This document shows, piece after piece, positions 1-11,705 of a stretch of DNA of 36,689 nucleotides (the stretch's first letter is position 1; the number at the start of each line of letters is the position of its first letter). The stretch covers positions 1-36,689 of the forward strand of contig RBNJ01000205.1 in the NCBI GenBank assembly GCA_003990765.1, given 5' to 3'. The translations under genes and the position numbers were made by a program. Under the pieces are notes generated by a model, which was not told the DNA's origin, did no database searches, and saw only the letters and a program-made list of their open reading frames with translations. Origin of the DNA: Jimgerdemannia flammicorona (lineage: Eukaryota).

Positions 1-261
1 GATAGGCTTTATTAAGGGCTTTCAAATGACACCAAGATCATCAAATTTGGATGATTATTCATCAAATTATTGATGTAAACATTTAATTGTCTAATTTGGA
101 AATCAAAACAATGGTTGATTCGAATCCGATTCGAATCCAATTCGAATCTGATTCGAATCCATCTGGATGGGATTCGAATCCCATCCGAGTTGATCCGGAT
201 GGGATTCAATCCAAATCAATCCGAATCCAATCCGGATTAAATTGACTCGTTAGGAGCACTA
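1..261. mobile_element. Terminus of a hAT-family element (TIR plus GAATC(C) subterminal repeats); rest lies outside the window
   Basis: Ends ATTGACTCGTTAGGAGCACTA (241-261). Its reverse complement TAGTGCTCCTAACGAGTCAAT nearly matches the left TIR of the hAT at 2743 (TAGTGCTCCAAACAAGTCAAT). Dense TTCGAATCC repeats at 118-240 still retain CpGs. Confidence 0.8.
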
Positions 262-1516
262 GCTATATTTGAAGCTCTAATTATATCACCATGGTTCTTG
301 ATACTATTTTCTGGCTTGCTTATACTCTTGGTACTATATTTAAAGCTCTAATTGCATTACTATGACTTATGAAGCTCTTGGGGTTCACTTATTGATCTGG
401 CATTAAAAATATATAAATAAGCCATCTAAGCTACTATCTTTAATAAAAAAATAAAAAATAAAAAACCCTAATAAAAATAAAACAAAATATATATTCAAGC
501 TTATCTCAACTACCTCTCAAATCATTTTGAAGATATAAATCATGTAATTGGTAAAATATCCATTTGGGTAGTAACTGATGGAATTAATACTACTCAATAT
601 AAATATAAAAGGAAGAAAAAAATGATTGATAAAGTGATTAAGCAATTTATCTTAGCTATTGCTCCAATTCTCTCAACTGCTCTAGTCACTCCTCTAGTCT
701 CAGTTATTGCCCCAGCCCTAGTAATCACCCCAGTCACTCCTCTAACTACAGTCATTGTCCTAGCCCTAGTTATTGCTCCAGTCACTCCTCCAGCTCTAGT
801 CATCACCCTGGCCCTGGTTGTCACCCCAGCTCTCCCAGCTCTAGCCCCCCTAACCTCAGTTATCCCAGCCCCCCCAGCTCTAGCCCTCCTAGCCTCAGTC
901 ATCCCAGCCACTCCAAAGCCAAGAGGCTATCCTTGGACCAGTTGTAATAATTATAGATAATATGGAAAGACTTGCAGTACTCTCTCTAAAATTTGCCAGA
1001 AGTTGAACCCATTGACTTCTAATCTATCTTTGATATAATAATTCCCATCAGTTAGCTATTGCTATAATTAGGTATGCTACTAGATACTGAGTATTAGGTG
1101 AGTGAAATATATCAAGCAAGTAGAATGTATTAGGCAAGTGAAATGTGGCAGACAAGTATCATAAGTGTTGAATATATTGTATTAAATAACAAATAAAAGA
1201 TTGATATAAGCCACCAATTTTAAATTTCAATAATAAATTTTTGAAATTCAATAACTTAACAAAAATATGTCCAAATTTAATAATCTTTATTATACTGGAT
1301 TTATCTTATTAAGGCAAATCCAACATGCTAATATTCATTAAATTTGAACATATTTTCATTAAGTTATTATATTTCAAATTTTAATCTCAATTTAATTTGA
1401 ATATTTCAAATTAGACCTCAATTCTATTTGAACTTAATTCAATTTGAACTCAATTCAAATTGAAAAATCCTCAATTTGATTCAATTTAAATTGATTTGAT
1501 TAATTTGAGAGCACTA
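262..1516. mobile_element. Right portion of an older, heavily mutated hAT-type element
   Basis: Ends ...TAATTTGAGAGCACTA at 1516 (same TAGTGCTC terminus in reverse complement), preceded by degenerate AATTCAAATT subterminal repeats (~1380-1505). Abuts the gypsy pol remnant. Left end not seen. Confidence 0.6.
655..1010 (+). pseudogene. Degenerate Pro/Ala/Val-rich ORF ending in an AT-hook-like motif and C-x2-C-x6-C-x6-C
   Basis: Reads KPRGYPWTSCNNYR*YGKTCSTLSKICQ. Reverting transitions (CGT>TAT, CGG>TGG, TGT>TAT) gives KPRGRPR-TSC-x2-CR-x5-C-x6-C. The upstream low-complexity part reverts to APAP-like repeats. Confidence 0.45.
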
Positions 1517-2734
1517 GTTTCTGGTCTTATTTCTTGGGACAGACTATTGTAATAAAGGTATATATTACCTTCTTGAGTACTCTCTTATACTATATGGCTG
1601 ACAGTATTGTAATCTGGGTCTTACTTGTAATCTTGTCTGTCTTAATAGTGATATTGACTCCATCTTAAAGTAAGATAACTTCATTCTTATACCAATTGAT
1701 ATCTGAGTTGTATTTTATAAGCCAGAGTTTTCCTAAGATTAGGTCATGATCTCTTAGTAGTACAATCTTGAGATTTACTTATTTCTAATATTTCTGGATC
1801 TTGATGGATAGTTTGGTAGTAATTGACTTAATGGGGTGCAGTGTACTATCTGTAGTGATTATACTATTATTCTTGGGTATAGACTTAGTGAGGATCTTGA
1901 GGCTTTTGATGAGATTCTGATTGATGAAGTTCTCTGCAGCTCTACTGTCTGTAAGTACTTGAACTTCTTTTCCTTTGACTAGGCCTTTGAAAATGAGTAT
2001 AGCTTGAGCTTGATTTTCAGTTAGACTTGCTGCTTAATTGATACTATCAAAACCATTTTGGTCTTATTTGGTTTTGAGGAGTTCTTAGACTTCTGTAATC
2101 TTAGATTGACTGGCTTTTTCTAGGATCATTTGTACAACTTAGTCTCCTTTCTTGACTGTATAGTCTTAATCCTTCTAGTTGATAAGCAGAACTTGAACTT
2201 GTTCTCTCAATAACACTAGTGTCTACATCTAAATAATATTTGATACTAAGTCCTAATCATAGTGTAATTCTAGCATAGACATTATACTGCAATTTCAGTA
2301 GGCACTAGAGTTTGGCCCTTAGCTAGAATAGTGACTTGTTTGACAGAGTATAGGTTAAGACCAATAACTTCTTCTGTTTAATATTGAGGAATCTGGGCCT
2401 TCAGGTAAAGCTTTTTGATCTTAAGCTTAGGTTGACTGGTAGTAGGATTGACAGATATATCTTTGGACAATACAGTGACTAGTCTAGAAGATTTGCTAGT
2501 CTTTCTAGGATATTTGGTTGTGATATATCTTATTTGGTAATAAAAGAAACAGGCTCCAGATTTCTTCAGGTGGTCCTTTTCTTTAGAGGTAAGTTTGGTG
2601 CTCTTTTTATTCATAGTATCCAAATCCATTAGTACTGGGCCAACTGTCCTTAGTTGGTTTCTGTGGCAGTTCTCGAAGTGGTTCTTTTTATAGTATTCTG
2701 GTTCAAAGTAATTATCAAAAGTGATGACATCAAA
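1517..2734 (-). mobile_element. Ty3/gypsy remnant, part 1: gag C-terminus (zinc knuckle) and aspartic protease
   Basis: Minus strand reads MDLD...KLTSKEKDHLKKSGACFFYYQIRYITTKYP (decayed CCHC knuckle). Protease reads VQVLTDSRAAENFI...DLILGKLWLIKYNSDINW at ~1700-1970. Confidence 0.85.
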
Positions 2735-3219
2735 CCTATCAGTAGTGCTCCAAACAAGTCAATTCGAATCAAATCTGGATTCAATTCATTATATGATGGT
2801 TTGATCTGAATCTCAAATCCGAAGCTATCCTAATCAACTTGGATTAATCCGAATCACCTCATCCAAATTGCCCCATCTGAATCATCCATCTGAACCACCC
2901 CAATCCAAATTACTCAATCTGAATCACTCAATCCAAATCACTCAATCCAAATCACTCAATCCAAATTACTCAATCTGAATCCTCCAATTCAAATCCTCCA
3001 ATTTGAATCCTCCAATTCGAATCCTTCAATCCAAATCCTCATCTGAATCCTTCAACCAAATCCTCCAATCCAAATCCTCCACATGACTCATATGCCAGAT
3101 ATGTCCATAACATAATACACATACATGCATACACAATATACATACACACATACACATGCATATGCAAATATGCAAATACACATGTTGATAGATCAGTCTT
3201 CAATAGTTCACAGTACCAA

Positions 3220-5748
3220 TAATGCTTTAAGTCAAATATCCCTGATAGTTCCACACCTTCTATATAATTCTCACTCTGAAATCTGGCAACATTGTGCTAA
3301 GATAGGAGATAATGTTGTTTGTAATTATTGCAGATAAAAAATTAAGATACACCTATTGACACTTTTTGTTTGTTTTGACACACACATGATATTATTTCAT
3401 CCACCTCCATAAACTGCACCAGTCAGAAGTTCAAAATGCTTAGGGGTACGACTTTGAATATGAATTGATATATAAAAGACAAGCACTCTGACAAAATCAA
3501 AAAGAACATGGAGACAAATAAAATCGACATCCAAGCTATGGTAAGTATGTTTATCTGATTGCCTGACCATTTCTGTACCAACAACACCATTTAATCAAAA
3601 ATATTTAGCCATACTCTTTGGCAGAATTTCGAAATCAGCTCATTCACTGGATTGTGTGCACAGACCAACCATTCACAACCATCGAAAGTGATCAATTGCA
3701 TAGCATCTTTGGCCTCCTCAAGCATGATTTATATTTGCCAAGTGCCAATACTATTCACAAAGATATCCTGGAGATCTGTAGGAAGGAGCACAACAATCTC
3801 TGCCAGACACTTCAGGTAAAATAAGGGCAGTACTGTGACCTTTGTAAGCTGAATTATATAAAAGAGCTCACTAATTTAACCTCACATTCAATAAGCAGAA
3901 TTTGGCAGGCAAAATTTTATTTACGATTGACACATGGACATCCCCCAATGCAATTTCATTTCTGGGCATTACTGGTCATTGGATTGATCTTGATTAGTAG
4001 CTTAAATCTCTCACCCTTGACTTCATCAAACTTGCTGGCCCTCATTCTGGAGACAACATCACAGATGCTTTTATTAGTTGTATCTGGGAGCTTGGGATCA
4101 CAACCAAGGTAAAAAAGAGAGGCTTGCTGTCAGGTCAGTGTTTTGAGAGAGGTCCTAAAACAAACCAGATTTTATTGGTTATTTATTTTCACATAAATTC
4201 ACTGACTGAATATTTCAGGTACAGATTTTGGCCATTATGACGGACAATGCCACAAATAACTCAATATTTTTCAAAGTTTTAGCAGCCAGCCTCAAACAGA
4301 AAAACATGACCTTTGATATAGAAAGCTGCCATATGTGATACCAGGCCCACATACTGAACCTCACTGTTCAGGACTATCTTATGTATATAGACAAAACATC
4401 TGAGAGAGAAGAGGCCCTGAGTATAATTTCCAAGCTGTGCAACCTGGTTGTATCGGTCCGATCATCCCTACAATGATGAGACAAATTTGCTGCATAGTGT
4501 AGGGTAATCAGTTTAGCCCCAAAAGAGCTTATATTGGACATCTGTATATGTTGGAACTCAACATTTGCAATAATCCAGTGTGTACTGGAGTTTGCTGTGG
4601 TATGTATCCTTTTTTTCTTTAGTTGGCTGAAGCAACTTGTTTTGGATAATTTATTTTTAAAAAAAAAAAAACAAAAAAAGCCAATAGATTCAACAGTGGC
4701 TGCTGACAAAGAAATACAGGCTGAGGCTCTAGGTGAAAGTGAGTGGGACATACTTAGGAATGTTGTCAGAGTTTTGGAAGTAAGTAGTAATTGCTCTAGC
4801 TCTATACTCATTTTGTCTGCCTCCATATAATGCAACACCTCACCACATATAACTGCCAGTGTTTTGACAATTATATGAAGAATATAGTCAAACAAATGAC
4901 CCTGACAATAAGCTCAGCAATACCAGTATACAACCTTCTGATTGACCGGCTAGAGGATAAGCTTGAGGATAGGCTGGAGGGTTGCAGTGATTTATGGTTG
5001 AGCCTAGATCAGAGAGATGCCATGGAGATTACTCTTAGCAAGCTCAGAAAGTACTACTCCCAAACAGATACCACCGTATACTCAATCAGTACAGGTATAT
5101 CAATGTCAGCATATGGCCATTGCCTCTTCCAAAACAGAGAAACCCCCACAAAAGCTCACTCTCTCCTCTTCTTTGAACAGTGCTAGACCCATGCTTAAAA
5201 CTACAATATCATAAAGATTAGGGCTGAGAGCAGCACTTCATTGAGAGAACTAAGCAGGCCATAATCAAAGTGTACCAGAAAAACTATATACCACCACAAG
5301 GTTCTGGCCAAAGTTCAGACGAATATGCTGAAAGATCCCTCCTGTCCTATATTTACTTTAGCAGAAAGAGGAAGAGAGAGCTATCAGTGGAAGAGCTGCT
5401 ATCAATAGACAAACTTACTATTTACCTTACCAGTGACCATGTGATCCTACTGGAGGACATGGAGGTGCTCAACTGGTGGAAGGTGGGTTGTCAGGTGGGC
5501 ATTGGGTCAATTTAACCCACCAATCTAACTACTGCTCTACCCACCAGGGCATGCAGCTGCATCAAATGGACTTCCCCAGCCTATGTGGCATGGCTCAGGA
5601 CTACCTGGCAATTCCTGCCTCCAGCACTCCTGTCGAGTGAGTGTTCTTAAGTGGGGTGGACCTCATTGCCCCAAAGAGGTATGTGCTGAATGCTGAGACA
5701 ATCCAGGTATGTATATATCTGAAGTCTTGGTGGGGCTCAGGCTGCTAA
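3220..5748 (+). pseudogene. Intron-containing hAT transposase pseudogene (BED finger, DDE core, dimerisation domain); start approximate
   Basis: Motifs HSEIWQHC..VVCNYC (BED); WIVCTDQPFTTIE; DTWTSPNAISFLGITGHWID; MTDNATNN; AHILNL; DICICWNST; LNWWK; AQDYLAIPASSTPVE*VF. GT-AG introns and premature stops. Confidence 0.93.
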
Positions 5749-5889
5749 AATTTGGTAGGTCCTGGGGGTTCGTGGATAAGTTGGTTGGCCTTGTGGAGTA
5801 TTTAATATCTTTTCAAAAATAATAAAAAGGTAAAAAACCCTGAGGACTCAGCTCAGAATTTGTGGCCCAAGTGGGCAGTAGTCAGCAGG

Positions 5890-6515
5890 GTTGGCAGTGG
5901 TGGCAGAGGGAGCATGCAGTGTTTGTAGCCCTCTGCTAGCAATAAGGAGTAGCCCCAAGCTATCAGTGCCCAGGTTGGTGGATGGGTCAGTAGAGAGAGT
6001 ATGCAAAATTTGTGGCCCTCTGCCAGCAGTGAGGGGCAGCCCCAAGCTGCAAGTGTCCTGGTTGGGGGAGTTGGTGGAGGGAGTGCACAAAACTTGCAGC
6101 CCTCTGCCAGCAGCGAGGAGCAGCCCCAAGCTGTCAGCGCCCAGGTCAGTGGGCAGGGTTGGTCAGCAGGGTTGATGGGCATAGGGTCAGCAGAGGGAGT
6201 GCACAAAATTTGTAACCCTCTGCCAGCAGTAAGGGGCAGCCCTGAGCTGCAAGTGTTTAGGATGGGCAGGGCAGGCAGAGAAAGCATACAAAATTTGCAG
6301 CCCTCTGCTAGCAGTGAGGGGCAGCCCCAAGCTGTCAGTGCCCGGGTCAGTGGGTGGAGTTGGTTGGCAGGGTTGGTGGGCATGGGATCAGTGAGGGAGT
6401 ATGCAAAATTTGCAGCCCTCCACTGGTAGCAAAGAGAAGCCCTAAGCTGCAAGTGTCTGGGATGGGCAGGGCAGGTGGAGGGAGCATGCAAAATTTGCAG
6501 CCCTCTGCTAGCAGC
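5890..6515. repeat. Internal GC-rich minisatellite of the hAT; about 7 units of ~85-115 bp in alternating variants
   Basis: Recurrent core TGCAAAATTTGCAGCCCTCTGCYAGCAGTGAGGGGCAGCCCCAAGCTG at ~5915, 6002, 6085, 6200, 6286, 6402 and 6488. Confidence 0.9.
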
Positions 6516-6890
6516 ATAGGGAGCAGCTCCAAGCCACTAAGGAGTCTGGGGCAGAGGGTGCTTCTGGCAGTCAAAGGGTGCTTCTGGTGGTTGGAGGGCA
6601 TTTCCAGTGGTTGAAGTCTACCATAGATTCAGGCCCCATTGCCAGTTCGGGTCCCATGGGTGCCCTGGCCCTGTGCTGCAGCACCACACCAGCAGCACTG
6701 CAGAGTAGGGCCAAGGGGCCAGTAGGGCCCTATATAACAGCTAAGCTAGTGCTACAGAAGAGGCACTCAGCCCAACCCCCACATAAGACTGCCCAATCTG
6801 TACAAAATGACTGCCTAACCCTCACGAAAGACTGCCTATCTCTCACAAAAGATTGCCTAACCCTCACAAAAACTGCTCCACCTGCTGGTC

Positions 6891-8960
6891 CTAGGCCTTG
6901 ATGAGCCTATCATCTATTATGAGTGTGACGACTGTTGTATCTGAGCTCTCCTCGAAGGTAATAGTGCTGTGGTGGTCATGTGGTTGAAAGAGAATGGCCA
7001 TGTTGGCTGCAAATGAGACCCCGAAACTATAGATGAGATTGTACCAGACTCTGCTACTATCCTCCCAGGTTGGGCCCTTTCTTTCCAGGACATAAAACAT
7101 TACTGGGATGATATTGTTATCTGTGTGTGTGGGCAGAGAAAGGTTGCACCTGACATATCCTGATGTGACATGAGCATACAGTTGGGTGAACCCTTGGCCC
7201 AGAACCTCATACTGCCAGGCTGTACTGGTGGATGCCTGCCCTTGGTCCAGCCCTGGGAGCCCCGGCTTAGAAACCTGCCAAAACAGATGGTAACCAGTCA
7301 GTCCTTTTTGCATGTGGGGGGGCAGAAACCCCCCAGGCCACAGAAACCCCCCAGGCCACAGAAACCCCCCAGGCTGCAGCACCCCAAAAAAGTGGAGCTT
7401 CTCACCTCATATGGCATGCTAAATTGTGCCAAGAATATACATACAACTGCACCGAGATCACCACCAAGCTGGCCTGCCATATGCTCTACTAATCTGCTCA
7501 AAGAACCCCAGATTATAGCTGCCATTGCCGCACAGGCTGTGTCATGCTCATGTGCAGTTTGCTCTTTGATAGCACTTCTAAAGTTCTGGTAGGGGTACAG
7601 AATCTTGTGCATCCCTGGATTTGTATCAAAAAGAGTATGTTGGCGAAGAGTGTGATTTATCTGGGGAAGAGTAAAAAAAAAGAGAGATGAGTGCAGGAGA
7701 TTTTGGAACTCTGGAACCCACCCTTCACCAGTGTTACAGTATACCCAATTCCTGTCCAAACCCCCCCTCTTTGCTTTTTTTGCCCTCTCTTTCCTACCAC
7801 TTAGTATTTGATGCAATCCTCACAAATCTCATTAATGTGGTAGTGAAGCTCATCACTGTAGAGGTTCCTTACCACCATTGCAACCACCTCTCCACATTCG
7901 TTTATAAAGATATAGTTCTCTTTGTTGTTGGTTACTCCTGCTGGCCAATGGACCCCTTGGTTGAGAATGATTAGCTCTGATTTGAATATAGACCCCCAAG
8001 CCTTGATGACAATGCTGGTACTACTTATGCTGAACATCTTGCCCTTAAACTTCTCTATTTGATCAGATGCCAGATGTGATTGAACTCGGGTAACTTTGAA
8101 CTCTCCTTTCCAATAGAACTGAGTCCTGATCTAAGGGACCAAGATAAGTATATGGATGGGTTGCATGTGGATGGGTTGTATGCAGATGGGTTGCATGCAG
8201 ACAGGTTGCATGTGGATGAGTTGTGTGTGGACAGGTTGCATGTAGGTGGGTTGTATGTGGGTGTGGGTGTTTTTTAGGGGGAGACCATGTAAAAAATGAA
8301 ATTAAATAAAACACAGAGATGGGTATTTTAGAAAAAGAGCATGAGTGAGTAAGTGAGTGAGTGAGCTGTATGCCGATGAGTTGCATGCTGATGAGTTACA
8401 CAAGTTGCACAAGATTGCTTATAAAGGCTTGCTTCTGTTCCTTTTGAGACCTCTACTATGCGATGCATTGACTCAATAGCTCAGCCACCAAAAGCATGCT
8501 CTGCAATGTCCTCCAACCTTTCTTCATCTTGATCAGATGTTGCAAATAAAGTTGGCAGATCTTGCCATAGAGCTGTGGACCCTAAGAAGAGCATAAGGTG
8601 AATCAGGTTATGCTGGGGGAATTTAAATAAGTAAAAAGTAGTGGCAGAAAAGAGCAACCTACATCTACTACTGACTGCTTCAAAAAGGCTGCCATGTATA
8701 TAGCTATGAGGTCTGTGAATTCCAAGGTCCAAAGGGCTGTCATGAGTTGTTGCCAGAATTCACTCTCATCCCCACCATTGCCATTGCCCCTTTGGCTCTC
8801 GATGAGCAGCTTGTGTACTGCCCATATGAGAAAGAATCTAACATTATCAGCAGAGAGTGCATTTCCACCTTGAATACTCTCTCTTTTGATGATTATTACA
8901 GGGTGAAAAATTAGTAGACTGGACCAACATATGAATTAAGAGCTGCTGTTTTGTTTGCTC
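6891..8960 (-). pseudogene. Spliced cargo gene with a C-terminal 2OG-Fe(II) dioxygenase domain, TET/JBP-like; 5' end approximate
   Basis: Last exon 7274-6891 is open and reads ...GYVRCNLSLPTHTDNN...FGVSFAANMAILFQPHDHHSTIT (N-x5-HxD at 7119-7145; distal His 52 aa after the first). Phase-0 intron 7405-7275 (GTGAGA...ACTGAC...GGCAG) joins it to the upstream ORF (...SMPYE|VSKPG). Further exon-like segments extend to ~8900. Confidence 0.65.
7323..7376. repeat. Three copies of the 18-mer CAGAAACCCCCCAGGCCA, inside a predicted intron
   Basis: Seen directly; lies within the 7275-7405 intron. Confidence 0.9.
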
Positions 8961-9231
8961 ATGATGTGGCAGGAAAGAATAAAGAAAAAGAACAAAGAAA
9001 AGAGAGAGAACAAAGAAAAGGGTGATGTTACTAAAGTGCAGCAGAAAAAAAAAAAAACAAGAGCAAAATGAACAAAAGAAAGGGTGATGTTACCAAAGAT
9101 TTCAATCTGGATAGATCATCCAGATGGATCAATCCAGATCAGATCACAAGACTAATCCAAGTTAATTCAAATCTATTACATAATGAACCTGAATCGAATC
9201 TCATCCATTCATTTGAAGCACTACCTATCAG

Positions 9232-9375
9232 TAATTCTTATAGCTTCATCAAGGCTTTATAGCTCTTTTAGCTCAACCTTAACTTATGTATTTCCCTTTA
9301 GACCTTAGATATAGCAGTCTATCTTTCATCCTCAGCTATTACTGATAGCTTAAGTAAAATTGACAGGAATTATAT
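9232..9375 (-). mobile_element. Ty3/gypsy remnant, part 2: middle of gag
   Basis: Minus strand reads FLSILLKLSVIAEDE/KIDCYI*GLKGNT*VKVELKEL*SLDEAIRITDR, continuous with part 1 across the hAT TSD. Confidence 0.85.
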
Positions 9376-9699
9376 CTCTTAATTCGTAGTATAAGCAAAT
9401 TTATATAAATAATAAATAAATATTAAAATTTATAAATAAATATTATAAATAAATATAAAAAAATTTGACAAATTTCAGTAAAAATTATAAATATTTTTAA
9501 TTTTTTTTTTTTTAATTATTTAATATAATATAAAATTAATATATTAAAAACTACATATAAATTTACATGTTAATCTAATTATACTCTCATTCTCATTTAG
9601 TTGATCATCCTTATCATCTAGATTACCCTCATTGTCACCTTCATTCTTTGATTTTTTTTTTTTAGGAAAATATTAGGAAAACTATTCATCTTTTAGTTG

Positions 9700-11100
9700 A
9701 TCACCCTCATTCTTGTTTAGTTGATCATCCTCATCTAGATTACCCTCATTGTCACCTTCATTCTTTGAAATAGCATTGATTTTGCTCTTCTTCTTTTGTT
9801 TTTTTACTTTTTTTCTTAGCCTCTACCTTGGCCTTCCTTAACATTACATCATACTTCTGCTTTGGTAACAAATTTCCAATGTTCTTGTATGTGATTTGGT
9901 AAAATTACCATATACTTGGGCATTATTAGTACCAACTATGACAGTTGTTGCAAGATTTGCAATCAGGTCCTGGCTTCAGAAATACTAAGGAGATAGGAAA
10001 TAGGATATTATTAGAAAAATATGTATTAATAAAATAAGCAAAAAAAAACTCTAATTAAATAGAGTGAGACTTACTAATACAATGAAGAGGATGAGTTGGC
10101 AGATGGGGAGCAGCCCACAGGGAGAGTGATGATGATGGTAATAGTGACAAGAAACAGCAATAGTGGCAGAGAGCAGTGATCAATGTGGAGTGGCAGTAAT
10201 ATGGAGCAGTGATAGGGAGTAGTGATAAGGAGCAGCAACAAGAAGTAGTGATAGAGAGCAGTGACAGGGAGCAGCAACAGAGAGCAGTGACAGGGGGAGC
10301 AGTGACAGAGAGTAGTGACAGGGAGCAGTGATAAGAAGCAGTGACAGGGAGTGGTGATAGAGAGTAGTAATAGGGAGTAGTAATAGAGAGTGGTAAGTAT
10401 GGGAGAGAGAGAGAGGATGAAGCTTTTAATATATAATATACTATGACATAATGGTAATAAAACAAACTCAAGTACTTTGCTATCTAACTTACATCATTTA
10501 GAAATTGAGTAAAGATTACATATAGGCAAATATTGCATGCAAGCAAACAAGCAAGTAATTAGAAAATTGTCTGAGAGCAGATTGTATACAAGCAAACACA
10601 AGGTGGTGGCTTAGTGTTTATGTCTTTCATGCTGTCTTCATGCCATCCCTCAAGACTCAAAAGACATAAGTAGACCTTAGCTTTGAGATCCTAGTTCTGA
10701 TCCATCCATTTACCATATACTGCTTTGAGATCTAAGCTTGGCAACCTTAAGCAACCAACCTCCTTAGCTCAGCTCTATATGGCAACCTCAATGTCCTTGA
10801 CTCAACAGCATCCATGGCAATCTCAGCAACCTCAGCAACCTCAATAGTATCTTTGACTCAAATATACTTGGCTCAATAGCATCTTCAGCAACCTCCAGTA
10901 TGTCAAAAGCCTTACTCCAGACCTCAAGGGCAGCTATAGTAGTGAGGACTAATCATGTCTCAAGGCTTTGGGAAGCCCTGTCTTTCCTATCTTTGGAGAG
11001 TGCATGTAATGAGTTGGGATATGATGATATAACTGGCTAGAAGGCCAACAGTGGCTATTAATGACCAACCTTGTCTATCTGAGCCTGACTCAAGTTATTT
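9700..11100 (-). pseudogene. Degenerate spliced ORF divergent from the piggyBac transposase; last exon has a Cys4 motif followed by basic and acidic tracts
   Basis: After an acceptor CCTTAG (~9985) it reads LKPGPDCKSCNNCHSWY**CPSIW*FYQ...KAKVEAKKKVKKQKKKRAK, then E/D-rich repeats. Exon-like sequence at ~10600-11100 is tentatively linked. Confidence 0.4.
10195..10390. repeat. Degenerate ~13-bp tandem repeat (GAGCAGTGACAGG)
   Basis: Seen directly; related motifs recur at ~11130-11195 and ~11400-11490. Confidence 0.8.
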
Positions 11101-11705
11101 ATGTTGAACAGCAAGTAGCAAATGGCAGCAGTGAGTGGTCAGTAGTAAGTGGGAGCAGTAAGTAGTAAATGGTAAGTGATAAGGGGTGCAGTGAGCAAAG
11201 AGATTGATATATATAGAATTAGAGTTAATTCAGCATAGAAGATACATACTGTGATAGTCTGTTGAGCTAAGCTATATATCTTTTGGAGGTTGTTAGGAAA
11301 TTGTTCAGAGAATGTTTAGAAATCAGGCAGCTTGAGGGCTTAGATAATAGTGGTTATTACTGTCTTGAGACTCAAAAGACATGCCCTTCTCTCAGCAAGT
11401 AGTAAGGAGTGGTAAGGGGAGAGCAGTAAGGGGTGAGTGATAAGGGGTGAGCAGTAAGAGATAAGCAGTAAGGAGTGAGCAGTAAGGGGCAAGCAGAGAT
11501 TGATATGTATATGTATAAAATTACAGCTTATACCAGCAAAAATACATACAAAAAAAAACCTGTTTAGGGCTATGCTGGACAGTAGACTAAAGAGGTAATG
11601 GGTTGTGTTACTAAATAATGAGCTATGTCACTAAATAATGGGTGGTGAGGTATCAAATAAAATAAAATAAGTCACTTGAGCCTTATCTTTTCACCACTCA
11701 CTGCC

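Larger units (their letters stand above)
2743..9223 (+). mobile_element. Complete hAT DNA transposon (6481 bp) carrying a second gene
   Basis: TIRs TAGTGCTCCAAAC (2743) and CATTTGAAGCACTA (9223). Perfect 8-bp TSD CCTATCAG at 2735-2742 and 9224-9231. GAATCC subterminal arrays at both ends. Removing element plus one TSD restores gag in frame (IRITDRFDVITF). Confidence 0.95.

Noticed and set aside
5848..6614. Multiple overlapping ORFs in the ORF track
   Set aside because: Products of a GC-rich minisatellite open in several frames; no domain signal.
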